From a virus: a stretch of 64,000 nt of DNA. The notes under the pieces were generated by a model. It searched no databases, was not told the origin of the DNA, and saw only the letters and a list, made by a program, of their open reading frames with translations. Below, piece after piece: positions 24,150 through 33,522 of the stretch (position 1 is the first letter of the stretch; every line of letters starts with the position of its first letter). The stretch lies in the IMG/VR virus record IMGVR_UViG_3300028800_002449; one strand, given 5' to 3'. The translations under genes were made by a program, and so were the position numbers.

Positions 24150-25586
24150 ATGAACAACAACTACGATCCCATGGCGAACCTCATCGCCGACTCCGACAGC
24201 TACAAGTTCGGCCACTGGCTCATGCTGCCCGACGGCACCACGCAGACGCACGCGCACATGCTCTCCCGCGGCGGGCGCTACGGCCGCACCACTCAGTGGG
24301 GCATGCGCCCCATCACCATCCGCATGGCCCAGTGGGCGGAACTCACCACGAAGGAGCGCATGCTCCACGTCGAGGAGTGCGCCGACTTCGCCCCCGACCA
24401 CGGGCTGCCCTTCAACATCGACGACTGGACGTACATCGCCACCGACCTCGGCGGTCGCATCCCCATGCGCATCCGCGCCGCCAAGGAGGGCGCCTCCATC
24501 CCCGTCCGCAACGTGCTTTCCACCTACGACTCGACGGACAAGCGCGTGCCGTGGATCACCGGCTGGTTCGAGACGCAGTTCGTCCGCGCCTGGGCCGGCA
24601 CCACCGTCGCCACCAAGTCGTTCAACGGCGTCAAGGTCTTCTGGGACTTCCTCAAGGAGACCTCCGACGACCCGGCGGGCGAGATCGACTTCAAGCTGCA
24701 CGACTTCGGCTCGCGCGGCGTCACCTGCCCGCAGCAGGCCGCCTTCAACGGCGCCGCCCACCTCGTCAACAGCAAGGGCAGCGACACCGTCATCGCCATG
24801 CTCTACGCCAAGAACGTCTACGGCACCAAGGAGAAGGTCGCCGGCTACAGCATCCCCGCGCTGGAGCACTCGTCGGTCATCCCCTTCAAGGACCAAGAGG
24901 AGTCCTTCATCCGCTTCATCGAGAAGTTCAAGGACCCGAAGTTCAAGTACCTCTCGGCGATCTCCGACACGATCGACATCTACGACTGCGTCGAGAACAT
25001 CTGGTGCGGCACGATGCTCGACCTCGTGAAGGCCAGCGGCAAGACGATCGTCATCCGCCCCGACTCGGGCAAGGCCCCCGTCATCATGCCCGACCTCCTG
25101 CACATCATGGACAGGAAGATCGGCTGCACCACCAACGGGAAGGGCTTCAAGGTCCTGCCGCCCTACTACCGCTTCATCTGGGGCGACGGCAACAAGACGG
25201 AGGACGACATCAGGGACATGCTCATGTCGATCAAGCAGCACGGCTTCTCGGCGTCGAACATGGTCTCGGGCATGGGCGGCGGCTTGCTCCAGCTCGTCGA
25301 TCGCGACATGCAGATGTTCAAGTTCATGGTCTCCGCCATGAACATCAACGGCTCCTGGAGGGAGGTCAAGAAGACGCCGAAGACCGACGTCCACAAGGTC
25401 TCCCGAGCCGGACGGCTCGACCTCATCAAGCGCGAGGGCCAGTACGAGACCGTCAACCTGACGGCAGACCAGGCGTTCCACCCGCTCACCGAGCTTCACA
25501 CCATCTTCGAGGACGGCAAGATCGGCAAGACCTGGGACCTGGACGAGAGCCGCGCCGAGTCCCGTCGCGCCCTCCTCGAAACGTAG
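24150..25586 (+). CDS. nadV: nicotinamide phosphoribosyltransferase (NadV/NAMPT family)
   Basis: About 478 aa; NAMPT-type N-terminus DSYKFGHW and family-typical length; ribosome-binding site AGGAAAGGAAG; start re-called inside track ORF 23748..25586. Confidence 0.8.
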   Translation: MNNNYDPMANLIADSDSYKFGHWLMLPDGTTQTHAHMLSRGGRYGRTTQWGMRPITIRMAQWAELTTKERMLHVEECADFAPDHGLPFNIDDWTYIATDLGGRIPMRIRAAKEGASIPVRNVLSTYDSTDKRVPWITGWFETQFVRAWAGTTVATKSFNGVKVFWDFLKETSDDPAGEIDFKLHDFGSRGVTCPQQAAFNGAAHLVNSKGSDTVIAMLYAKNVYGTKEKVAGYSIPALEHSSVIPFKDQEESFIRFIEKFKDPKFKYLSAISDTIDIYDCVENIWCGTMLDLVKASGKTIVIRPDSGKAPVIMPDLLHIMDRKIGCTTNGKGFKVLPPYYRFIWGDGNKTEDDIRDMLMSIKQHGFSASNMVSGMGGGLLQLVDRDMQMFKFMVSAMNINGSWREVKKTPKTDVHKVSRAGRLDLIKREGQYETVNLTADQAFHPLTELHTIFEDGKIGKTWDLDESRAESRRALLET

Positions 25587-25589
25587 GCG

Positions 25590-25934
25590 ATGGAAGAAGG
25601 TGAGAATAGTTCGAAAGCCTCCGTCGCATCCGCGGCGGCGGCTTCCGATCCCAACGACCTCAAGGGCTGCATCACGTTCTTGGTGCTCCCCGTGGTCATG
25701 CTCGTCGACGGCGTCTGCCTGTCCTCGCTGTGGGGATGGTTCCTGACGCCGCTCGGGCTGCCCAAGATCGGCGTCGCACACGGCGTGGGGCTCATGCTCC
25801 TGCGGAAGTTCTTCACCGTCGGCAGCACGAGACAGGGAAGCCTCAAGAAGGACTACGTCCTCTCGATGCTCCAAGTCAAAATCCTCGCCATGCTCCTTGG
25901 CTACGTCATGTACAGGATCATGATCCGACCATGA
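25590..25934 (+). CDS. small membrane protein
   Basis: Two hydrophobic helices. Confidence 0.45.
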   Translation: MEEGENSSKASVASAAAASDPNDLKGCITFLVLPVVMLVDGVCLSSLWGWFLTPLGLPKIGVAHGVGLMLLRKFFTVGSTRQGSLKKDYVLSMLQVKILAMLLGYVMYRIMIRP

Positions 25935-26362
25935 TCAAGCGTCTCGACGTCGCGCATCGGATGCTGCCGGCAGCTCTCAGCATCCTCACTCTCTTGGCGA
26001 CAGCTCTGCTCTTCATCTGCGACGTGAAACCTTCCCTCTTTCCGCCCCGCTCACATGACGTGTTGGCCGCCACACCCCTCGCGCTCATCGCCGTCGCGTA
26101 CCTCGTCTATCAAGCCATCCGAGTCGTAGGGCTTCTAGAGCTTGTGAAAGCGATCCTCCTCGCCGTCGCCTTCCTCCTGTGGGCTGCGAACCAGCTGTGG
26201 TCGGAACTGCCAGGAGCGCAGCTCTTGAACGATCTGGCCATCGCGCTGTTCGTGCTCGACATGTTCCTCGTCATCATCGGATGGCCATCGTCCTCGCCCG
26301 ACGAGGCCTTCGGTGAGACTTATGCCGAACCGCGCTCGCGATCTGGAGGAAAAGACACATGA
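25931..26362 (+). CDS. integral membrane protein (about 143 aa)
   Basis: ATGA overlap with the upstream gene; four hydrophobic segments. Confidence 0.5.
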   Translation: MIKRLDVAHRMLPAALSILTLLATALLFICDVKPSLFPPRSHDVLAATPLALIAVAYLVYQAIRVVGLLELVKAILLAVAFLLWAANQLWSELPGAQLLNDLAIALFVLDMFLVIIGWPSSSPDEAFGETYAEPRSRSGGKDT

Positions 26363-26784
26363 AGAACGAGATGAGCAACTTCAACCTGCACGTCACCGCC
26401 AACACGACCCATCAGTTCAAGCTCGCGATGGAGATCGCGTTCTTCATCGAGCAAGAGCTGTTCGTCTCGAAGAAGCACTACGAGGTCGCTCGATCCTGGA
26501 AGGTCGAAGACGGATGCCTCGTCCTGTCGAAGTTAGGCGAGGGAGACTCGCTCGCTGAAAATAGGCTCACCCTCTTGCCGATGCCCCTCGACCATGATCA
26601 AGTCATCAACTTCGCATGCGGCTGGCTCCTTTCGGACGAGGCCAAGGCTCTCAAAGGCCCCGATCCAGCCATCGACGATGAAACGAAGGGAGCCTTCCTC
26701 GTCATGGCAACCAACGCCATAGTCAACAGGCGACACGAAATCGTCAGGATCATGCCGATCTGGACATCGCCCGTGACAGCATGA
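26359..26784 (+). CDS. hypothetical protein (141 aa)
   Basis: ATGA overlap with the upstream gene. Confidence 0.5.
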   Translation: MKNEMSNFNLHVTANTTHQFKLAMEIAFFIEQELFVSKKHYEVARSWKVEDGCLVLSKLGEGDSLAENRLTLLPMPLDHDQVINFACGWLLSDEAKALKGPDPAIDDETKGAFLVMATNAIVNRRHEIVRIMPIWTSPVTA

Positions 26785-27032
26785 GCACTGTCGAGATCCA
26801 GCCTCAAGACGTCCAGGACGGCGTCGTGATCGCCTCAGAAGGTCATCCGGAATGTCCAGAGCCCTGCGGCTGCGACGAATCGAACGCGATGCGCGATCTC
26901 CTCGAATGCATCATCCAGTACGACTCCGACGTCAACCCCTGCGACCCTGAACACTGTCAAGGAAAGTGCGCCTTCTGCCAGGCGCGCGTCCTGCTCGAAC
27001 GTCTCGAAGAGAAAAGGAAGCTGCGAAGATGA
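26781..27032 (+). CDS. small Cys-rich protein (83 aa)
   Basis: CPEPCGC ... CDPEHCQGKCAFC. Confidence 0.45.
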   Translation: MSTVEIQPQDVQDGVVIASEGHPECPEPCGCDESNAMRDLLECIIQYDSDVNPCDPEHCQGKCAFCQARVLLERLEEKRKLRR

Positions 27033-27553
27033 GCGAGAAGACGCTCCTGGAGGCTCGCAAGGAGACGTTCGAGGCTGCACTCTTCGGCAAGGGGAAGAAG
27101 TGTCCGTGCTGCGACCGTTTCGTGAAGGTCTACAAGCGCAAGTTCAACAGCGCGATGGGAAGAGCGCTCATCATTCTCTACCGCCACTACAACAGCCCGA
27201 TGGGGATGAAGCTGGGACCCGAGGAGTGGGTTCATTTCCCGACGCTGCTCATGGGAAAGGGTGCTCAGAGGTCGGACGAGGGCAAGCTCGCGATCTGGGG
27301 GCTCGTCGAAAAGCTCTCAGGCCTCCGTGATGACGGCTCGAAACGGAACGGCTTCTACAGGATCACAGATCTCGGACGGAAGTTCGCTCGAAGCGAGATC
27401 GACCTTCCTGCACACGCCTTCCTCTACTACGGCGGCCAAGTGCTCGGGTTCTCCGACGGCGACAAGTACCCGAAGGCGCTCGTGAGGATCGGCGACGTCT
27501 TCGGGAAGTCGTTCAACTATCGCGAGATGATGGAGGCTCCCTATGGCGAGTAA
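27029..27553 (+). CDS. hypothetical protein with a CPCC zinc-ribbon motif (about 174 aa)
   Basis: Start MSEKTLLEAR overlaps the upstream stop. Confidence 0.5.
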   Translation: MSEKTLLEARKETFEAALFGKGKKCPCCDRFVKVYKRKFNSAMGRALIILYRHYNSPMGMKLGPEEWVHFPTLLMGKGAQRSDEGKLAIWGLVEKLSGLRDDGSKRNGFYRITDLGRKFARSEIDLPAHAFLYYGGQVLGFSDGDKYPKALVRIGDVFGKSFNYREMMEAPYGE

Positions 27554-27830
27554 CAGCACGAAGCATTTGGTCATCGTCCTTTCCATCATCAGCGTATTCG
27601 GCGTCATCATAGCGTCGGCAGCCTTCTACGCTACCGACAGAAACAAGGTCGTCGCCGTCGGAGAAAAGCATCCCGACGGATGCACTGACTCCATCGTTCT
27701 CATCGTCGTCGACACCTCAAACGAACACTACTCGTGTCTAGATCCTCTTCAAAAAATAGAGGTCTACCCAGCAGGCATGAACAAATATTCAAGCCCCATG
27801 GCACTCGTCAAGTGTGTCTGCCCTAAGTAG
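27543..27830 (+). CDS. small membrane-anchored protein
   Basis: N-terminal transmembrane segment IVLSIISVFGVIIASAAFY. Confidence 0.4.
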   Translation: MASNSTKHLVIVLSIISVFGVIIASAAFYATDRNKVVAVGEKHPDGCTDSIVLIVVDTSNEHYSCLDPLQKIEVYPAGMNKYSSPMALVKCVCPK

Positions 27831-27852
27831 TTTTTATCTTGCTTAAGATAAA
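27826..27852 (+). promoter_or_regulatory. conserved promoter element TTTTTATCTTGCTTAAGATAAAC
   Basis: Matches TTGCTTAAGATA from the 12343 promoter; inverted repeat TTATCTT/AAGATAA. Confidence 0.4.
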
Positions 27853-27874
27853 CCTGAGAAGTTAGGATACATCC

Positions 27875-28060
27875 ATGGCCTTCACCTGCGCCGAGTGCCA
27901 CGACAAGACGAAGTGCAAGTACCACGTCCCTCCGACCTACCCGATGGGTGAGCACCCGTCGTGGCCGGGCGTGAAGGTCTACCTGCCTGCCATCTTCACG
28001 AACATCTCCGTCGGTCGATGCGAGGACTGCAAGAAGTCGAGGCCGTGTGTTGACTGCTAA
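27875..28060 (+). CDS. small Cys-rich protein (61 aa)
   Basis: CAECHDKTKC ... CEDCKKSRPCVDC. Confidence 0.4.
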   Translation: MAFTCAECHDKTKCKYHVPPTYPMGEHPSWPGVKVYLPAIFTNISVGRCEDCKKSRPCVDC

Positions 28061-28253
28061 GACAAGAAACCAGATCTACTCCATGCTCATCGGAGCTACG
28101 GTCTCCGGCTTTACGTCATACGAAGGTGGCAGTTTCTTAGTCGCTGTCATCGTCGGAGGCGGCGCAGGCTTCCTCGTGGGTCTGGTGTGGTTCAAAGATG
28201 AGCCCATCAAGAATAAAGGCCGTCGTGCCTCGCAAAGAGAAGACGGAGCTTGA
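28047..28253 (+). CDS. small membrane protein (68 aa)
   Basis: Gly-zipper transmembrane segment VIVGGGAGFLVGLVW. Confidence 0.35.
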   Translation: MLTAKTRNQIYSMLIGATVSGFTSYEGGSFLVAVIVGGGAGFLVGLVWFKDEPIKNKGRRASQREDGA

Positions 28254-28457
28254 GCAGGTTGAGCAGCTCGAAGCGTTGATGGACGAACAGGTCCCGAGCG
28301 CTCTTCAACGTGCTGCGTCCGACTCCAGGAAGACGTCAGCCACATGGGTCGGCTCGGGCGACTTCCTCGTGCTCCTCGTCTGCGACGCCACGTCGGCCAT
28401 CAAGCCCACCCAGAAGCGCTACACCTGCCGGATCCTCGACCTCAAGGAGAAGTGAAA

Positions 28458-29675
28458 GTGGCAACTAGATCTGAAAGTGGCAACTCAACTCTTCAAGAGA
28501 TCCTCCTCACCGGCAAGACCGACCTATACGTCGTCGCCACCGGAGCGGGGACGAACCTGCTCACGAGCCTCTGGGCCACCCCCGGTGCCAGCGCCTACCT
28601 CAAGGGATTCCACTTCCCCTACGACACGGCCGAGACCGACTCGTTCCTCGGCTTTCAACCGGCGGCCTACTGCACCGAGAAGACTGCGATCTTGATGGCC
28701 ACCGAGGCCTACGTCAGGGCTCGTCGCCTCCACTACCTCCGCGGGGAAGATCGCAACGCCGCCACCGTCGGGCGGAAAGCCATCGGGCTCGCCGTGACGG
28801 CCTCCGTCGCTTCCATGACGGAGCATCGTGGAGAGCACCGTGCCTTCATCGCCACCGTCAGCAACCACACGCCTCCGACCTTCACCTCAAAGAAGATCGG
28901 TCTTCAGAAGGGCGTCGGTCTCTTCACGCGCATGAGTGACGACGCAATCGTCTCACATGCAGCCATGGAAGAGTTGTCCCAGACCCTGCGCGACGAGGCC
29001 TACTCGGTGCCCAACTACACTGAAGATCAGGTCATAGAGATGCTTTTCGAGCATCCATATCCTCTCGGGCACGAAGGCTACAGCCTCCGGAACGACAAAG
29101 TCGTCTTCATCCCTGGCAACTTCAATCCTCTGCATCAATGTCACCAGTCGATGGGACAGACGTTGAGGTCGCTCTACGGCTACAAGCCCGTCTACACGAT
29201 CTGCGTGGACCCCCCGCACAAGCCCGCCCTCGCCCTCGTCGACATGCTCGACAGGGTCGCGATGTTTCGCGCGCTCGCGCCACATGCCGCTCTCCTCTTC
29301 ACCAGGAAGGATCCTCTCTTCATCGACAAAATGAAGGCCCGCCCCAGCTCGACGTGGGCCGTCGGCGGCGACACGCTCGATCGCCTCCTCGATCCGAAGT
29401 GGGGCCCGTCTACGGACGAGGTCTGCGACGTCATCAAGGAGACCGATTCGACCATCTACTTGTTCCCTTCGAAGCACGGTGAAGCTTCCATCGATGCGCA
29501 CTCCATCTTCAGGAAATACACGTCCGACAAGCTTGCCCAACTCATGCACAAGAAGATCCTTGGCGTCGACGTGGATCTTCCTGAGATCCGCTCCTCCGCC
29601 ATCAGGGCAGCCGCGATGAACCCGCCACCCTTCGACATCCACGAGCTGGACGCCGGCTCCGAACCCCGGAGATGA
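28458..29675 (+). CDS. fusion protein: CinA-C/PncC-like (NMN amidohydrolase fold) N-domain plus NMN/NaMN adenylyltransferase-like C-domain
   Basis: N-terminal ATGAGTNLLTSLWATPGASAYLKGFHFPYDTAE resembles the PncC AESCTGGLLA..LT..PGSSAYFLGGVVAYSNEAK block. C-terminal FIPGNFNPLHQCH carries the HxGH nucleotidyltransferase motif. GTG start after GAAGTGAAA. Confidence 0.6.
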   Translation: MATRSESGNSTLQEILLTGKTDLYVVATGAGTNLLTSLWATPGASAYLKGFHFPYDTAETDSFLGFQPAAYCTEKTAILMATEAYVRARRLHYLRGEDRNAATVGRKAIGLAVTASVASMTEHRGEHRAFIATVSNHTPPTFTSKKIGLQKGVGLFTRMSDDAIVSHAAMEELSQTLRDEAYSVPNYTEDQVIEMLFEHPYPLGHEGYSLRNDKVVFIPGNFNPLHQCHQSMGQTLRSLYGYKPVYTICVDPPHKPALALVDMLDRVAMFRALAPHAALLFTRKDPLFIDKMKARPSSTWAVGGDTLDRLLDPKWGPSTDEVCDVIKETDSTIYLFPSKHGEASIDAHSIFRKYTSDKLAQLMHKKILGVDVDLPEIRSSAIRAAAMNPPPFDIHELDAGSEPRR

Positions 29676-31957
29676 CGACCACCCCCGATCGCGCTCAGAT
29701 CATCGTCGCCGAGCGCGACCAGAAGACGAGACAGAACACGTCGGACTCGCCGGTCCGCGGTCGGTGGTACCTCGTCAAGAACGGCGACAAGGACGACGAC
29801 CTCGACGTCGACAAGATCGAGAAGGATGTCGACGACTTCTCATACCGCACGTCGGTCACCGAGGAAGACGTAGTTGCAGCTGAGAAAGCCGGCGGTTGGA
29901 TCGGATGCGTCACCCACGTCGGCAGCAACTACGTGGAGGTCAAGGGTCCCTCAGATAGCACCGGGATGTTCGTCACGCGCATCCACTACGAGAACTTCTG
30001 GCGCCGATGCTCTCCCATAGACGACTCCGACCTCATCATCGACGGGAAGATCTCCCGCTACCAAGACCAGACACGCAAGCTCATGGCCGAGGTCAAGGCC
30101 CTCACGGCCAAACTCGGCGTAGCCCCTCGGCAGGAGATCGCAGACGGGTCAGAATCGGAGGTCAAGGCGATCTCGATCCGAAGCTCCGAGCCCGTCGAGG
30201 AGTACAAGAAGGCCCTCATCAAGGCCGAGGAGAAGACACTCCCCGACCTCTTCGAGAAGATCGAGGAGTCGAACGCGATGATGAGCACGTGGATGAAGGC
30301 CAAGATCATCCCGCTCGAAGCCGAATCGGAAGCGCTCAAGGACACCGTCGGGCTCGTCAAAGATCGCATCTTCAGCGTCGAGCTTTACGCAGGCCTCGTC
30401 GAGAAGGTCGTGCGCGTGCGCGACGGCAAGCCGGCCGAAAACGACGCGCAGGTTCACCTCATGCAGCGCCGCGCCTACATGGACGAGGAGTGCCTCGTCG
30501 GCTACGAGACGGGCGGCATGGACTACCAGAACATCGAAGACTTCGACAAGTGGCTCTGCAAGCCGGCCAACTTCCAGCGTCTGCTTCCCTACCCCAAAAC
30601 CTTCATCGCCTTCCAAGTCCGCCGTGAGAAGAAAGAGCGCGAGGCCTCCTCGTGGGGCGAGTACGTCCAGGTCATGGCTCAGGAGAAGGCTGACGAGTCG
30701 ACATACCTCTACGTCCGGAACGGTGAGCAGCTCTATCGCATCAAGACGAAGATCGAGTTCGAGGAGCAGCTCTTCCCCGACACCAACAACAAGATCTTCT
30801 CCAGCAGCAAGCTGTGGGCGAACATCTTCATGAACACCGTCAAGGACATCATCAGCGACGAGGAATTCCAGGGGAAGCTCGAAGACTACCTGGAAGACCA
30901 GAAGCGTCTGAAGAAGATCCCCAAGAAAGATCGGTGGCATTCAAGTCAACACGACGACCCTCGCGAGCGCTACCACCCGCTCACGCAGGACAACGTCTAC
31001 TACGACGACATCATGGCCGTGCTCAACGCCGAGAAGAAGAAGCACAACCGCCTCGTGCTCGTCATGCAGGGCCTCCTCGACCGATCGCCTGTCCTCCATC
31101 CACACCCACCCTGGCAGCTGTGGACGCACGAGGGGTTCAACGCAGCCTTCAAGCTCGTCTACGACGGCACGAGGGCTCTGTCGGCCGGAGACAAGCCCGA
31201 CTTCGAAGCGTATCGCGCGAAGCTCAACGCTCATCTCACGACAGGATCCGTGACCGTCGGTCAGGAGATCTCGTGGCTCCGTCGCGAGGCCGAGCGAGTC
31301 AACCGCGAGAGAGAAAACAGCCCTCACCGTCACCCGTCCGACCGCGAGTACAATCTCTATCGACCATCACACGATCCTGGTCCCGGCAAGCTCGCCATCG
31401 TCGACAGGTACTCGGAGAGCAAGCGAGCTTGCACCTACCGATGGGTGCGCAAGAACCGTCACTACCCCTACGAAAAGGACGTGAACACGTCTCTCACGAC
31501 CGGCGAAGAGAACCTCCTGAACGTCGACGCATACAAGCCCGGCGACTTTCACGTCTTCTTCGACGACCCCCGTACTCGACTCGAATACCTGAGGTGGGCT
31601 CCGATCCTCCTTGAGGCCGAGGAGTGTCATGCGGGCAACCGCAAGATCAAGCCTTGCAAGAGGCTGCCACCCGTCCAGCGTCATCCCAAGCCCGTCGACC
31701 CTCAGATCGATCCGCGACCCGCCGATCTCGACTTCAAGGAGAAGCCGCCGAAGCCCCCCATCGAGGACAAGTACCTCGGCAAGCGCGCCACCATCAACTT
31801 CGACTTCGAGACGAGGGCGAACGACAAGTTCAAGAAGGGCGAACTCGTCATCATCACCAGCTACCACAGGCGAAAAGTCGACGTCACTTCCGCCAAGGAC
31901 AAGGACAAGCGCTGCCATCACCTCGAACTCAACTGGATCACCCTCACCGGAGAATGA
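29672..31957 (+). CDS. large hypothetical protein (761 aa), translationally coupled to the PncC-NMNAT fusion
   Basis: ATGA overlap at 29672; no recognisable catalytic motif; coiled-coil and Lys/Pro-rich C-terminal region. Confidence 0.55.
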   Translation: MTTTPDRAQIIVAERDQKTRQNTSDSPVRGRWYLVKNGDKDDDLDVDKIEKDVDDFSYRTSVTEEDVVAAEKAGGWIGCVTHVGSNYVEVKGPSDSTGMFVTRIHYENFWRRCSPIDDSDLIIDGKISRYQDQTRKLMAEVKALTAKLGVAPRQEIADGSESEVKAISIRSSEPVEEYKKALIKAEEKTLPDLFEKIEESNAMMSTWMKAKIIPLEAESEALKDTVGLVKDRIFSVELYAGLVEKVVRVRDGKPAENDAQVHLMQRRAYMDEECLVGYETGGMDYQNIEDFDKWLCKPANFQRLLPYPKTFIAFQVRREKKEREASSWGEYVQVMAQEKADESTYLYVRNGEQLYRIKTKIEFEEQLFPDTNNKIFSSSKLWANIFMNTVKDIISDEEFQGKLEDYLEDQKRLKKIPKKDRWHSSQHDDPRERYHPLTQDNVYYDDIMAVLNAEKKKHNRLVLVMQGLLDRSPVLHPHPPWQLWTHEGFNAAFKLVYDGTRALSAGDKPDFEAYRAKLNAHLTTGSVTVGQEISWLRREAERVNRERENSPHRHPSDREYNLYRPSHDPGPGKLAIVDRYSESKRACTYRWVRKNRHYPYEKDVNTSLTTGEENLLNVDAYKPGDFHVFFDDPRTRLEYLRWAPILLEAEECHAGNRKIKPCKRLPPVQRHPKPVDPQIDPRPADLDFKEKPPKPPIEDKYLGKRATINFDFETRANDKFKKGELVIITSYHRRKVDVTSAKDKDKRCHHLELNWITLTGE

Positions 31958-32226
31958 ACATGGGCACCATCGCGAGTCAGCGGTTCGAAGGCGTCGTCTC
32001 GGAGGTCCTCGACGGACAGGTCATGAAGGACGGAGAGACCATCGGCATCCTGTGGCCCGACCAATTCAAGGAGAACCACAAGGTCATGATCGTCTCCGAG
32101 ATCGTGCCCAACGGGACGCGCGAGAGAGCCTACGTCAAGATCAACATCCACGGCATCTACGTGCCCGTCTTGATCATGCACCTCATCTCTCTCGGCGCCG
32201 AAGTCTCACGCAAATCAGTCTGGTAG
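31954..32226 (+). CDS. hypothetical protein (90 aa)
   Basis: ATGA overlap with the upstream gene; start re-called within track ORF 31624..32226. Confidence 0.4.
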   Translation: MNMGTIASQRFEGVVSEVLDGQVMKDGETIGILWPDQFKENHKVMIVSEIVPNGTRERAYVKINIHGIYVPVLIMHLISLGAEVSRKSVW

Positions 32227-32236
32227 GAGGAACGAC

Positions 32237-32632
32237 ATGTCGATCATCGAGAAATACAAGCTCCGTGAAGGTCAGATGCGCGTCAACGAGCACGTCCACA
32301 ACGGCCGATGGTACGGACGCGACGGCGTCGGGATCGGCTGGGGCGACCTAACCAAAGAGGACCTCTTCCGCATCGCCGACACCATCTCCGACGACGACGT
32401 CTTCTACGTCGTCGGCGAGACCGACTCCTACTTCAACTCTTCATCGACCAACGGCCTCACGCTTCAACAAGTCAAGGATCTCGCACGATTCACCATCACC
32501 GCCAAGAAGGTGACCGTCCACCAGAAGTGGCTCTCGCGACTCGAAATGAAACAGAAGTCCTTCTCCACCCTCGAAGAGTATGAGCGAGAGCTTCAGCCTC
32601 AGATCCGTCCGCGCGACGTCGTCGAGATCTGA
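32237..32632 (+). CDS. hypothetical protein (131 aa)
   Basis: ORF track. Confidence 0.5.
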   Translation: MSIIEKYKLREGQMRVNEHVHNGRWYGRDGVGIGWGDLTKEDLFRIADTISDDDVFYVVGETDSYFNSSSTNGLTLQQVKDLARFTITAKKVTVHQKWLSRLEMKQKSFSTLEEYERELQPQIRPRDVVEI

Positions 32633-32745
32633 CCAGTTTTATCTTGTCCAAAAGACAAAAGCATTCTACCGTCTGAGCACATGATCCGTCTCGTCGCCAT
32701 CAACTGGCTCATGTGGACCTACCTTGAGCAGAAGCGGCCTTGGAA

Positions 32746-33522
32746 ATGAACATCACCCGCGTATCCATCAGCGGTGCCGACGACGCCATCGATCCGATCG
32801 ACCTCCTGCGGCTCTCGGTCGAGTTCCCCTTCGTCGAGTGGGGGATCCTCTACTCAGAGAAGCGTCAAGGGACGCCTCGATACCCGTCGGCAGAGTGGCG
32901 CGAGAACCTCATCGGCCTGCTGCTCAACACGGTCAAGGGGAAGAACCTTCACCTGGCGCTCCACCTCTGCGGCAAGGCCTCTCGCGACGTCTTCGAGGGC
33001 AGGGACAGCAAGTGGTTCGCGAGGAAGGACTTCCACGCACCCTACGAGCGCGTCCAGCTGAACGGCTTTTCACCCTACAAGGACAAGCTGAAGTACCTGC
33101 CACTCAACAGCGACCCGTACGACAAGGATCAGCTCGCCAACCTCTTCAAATTCTGCCCGTGCGAGTTCATCGTCCAGTGTGCCGACGAGGAAGAACTCAA
33201 GATCGTCGACGACTTCGCCGTCAAGAACAACCTCCAGTTCCTGAACGCGCTCTACGATCCTTCCGGCGGCAGGGGCCTCAGGAACGTCGAATGGCCGCAC
33301 CTGCCGACCAGGCAGGTCAACGTCGGCTATGCGGGCGGCATCGGTCCCGACAACGTCTCCCAGATCGTCTCCGACATCATGGGCAAGCCGAAGACGGACA
33401 AGATGGAGGCCACCTGGATCGACATGGAGAGCCGCATCCGGTCCAACGAAGACAAATTCGACCTCGCGCTCGTCAGAGAAGTCCTCGTCGCCTGCATGAA
33501 GCTCGTCGGAGGTGAGAAGTGA
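32746..33522 (+). CDS. phosphoribosylanthranilate isomerase (TrpF)-like (beta/alpha)8 barrel protein
   Basis: ITRVSISGADDAI...FVEWGIL, VQLNG, NVGYAGGIGPDNVSQIV align with the TrpF blocks ICGIT..DA..A...GAD..GF, VQLHG and ILAGGLNPENV. Confidence 0.55.
   Translation: MNITRVSISGADDAIDPIDLLRLSVEFPFVEWGILYSEKRQGTPRYPSAEWRENLIGLLLNTVKGKNLHLALHLCGKASRDVFEGRDSKWFARKDFHAPYERVQLNGFSPYKDKLKYLPLNSDPYDKDQLANLFKFCPCEFIVQCADEEELKIVDDFAVKNNLQFLNALYDPSGGRGLRNVEWPHLPTRQVNVGYAGGIGPDNVSQIVSDIMGKPKTDKMEATWIDMESRIRSNEDKFDLALVREVLVACMKLVGGEK

Noticed and set aside
23982-25874. 630-aa antisense ORF opposite nadV, and alternative-frame ORF 24296..25603
   Set aside because: High-GC third-position artefacts. The NadV frame carries the NAMPT-type N-terminus and family-typical length.
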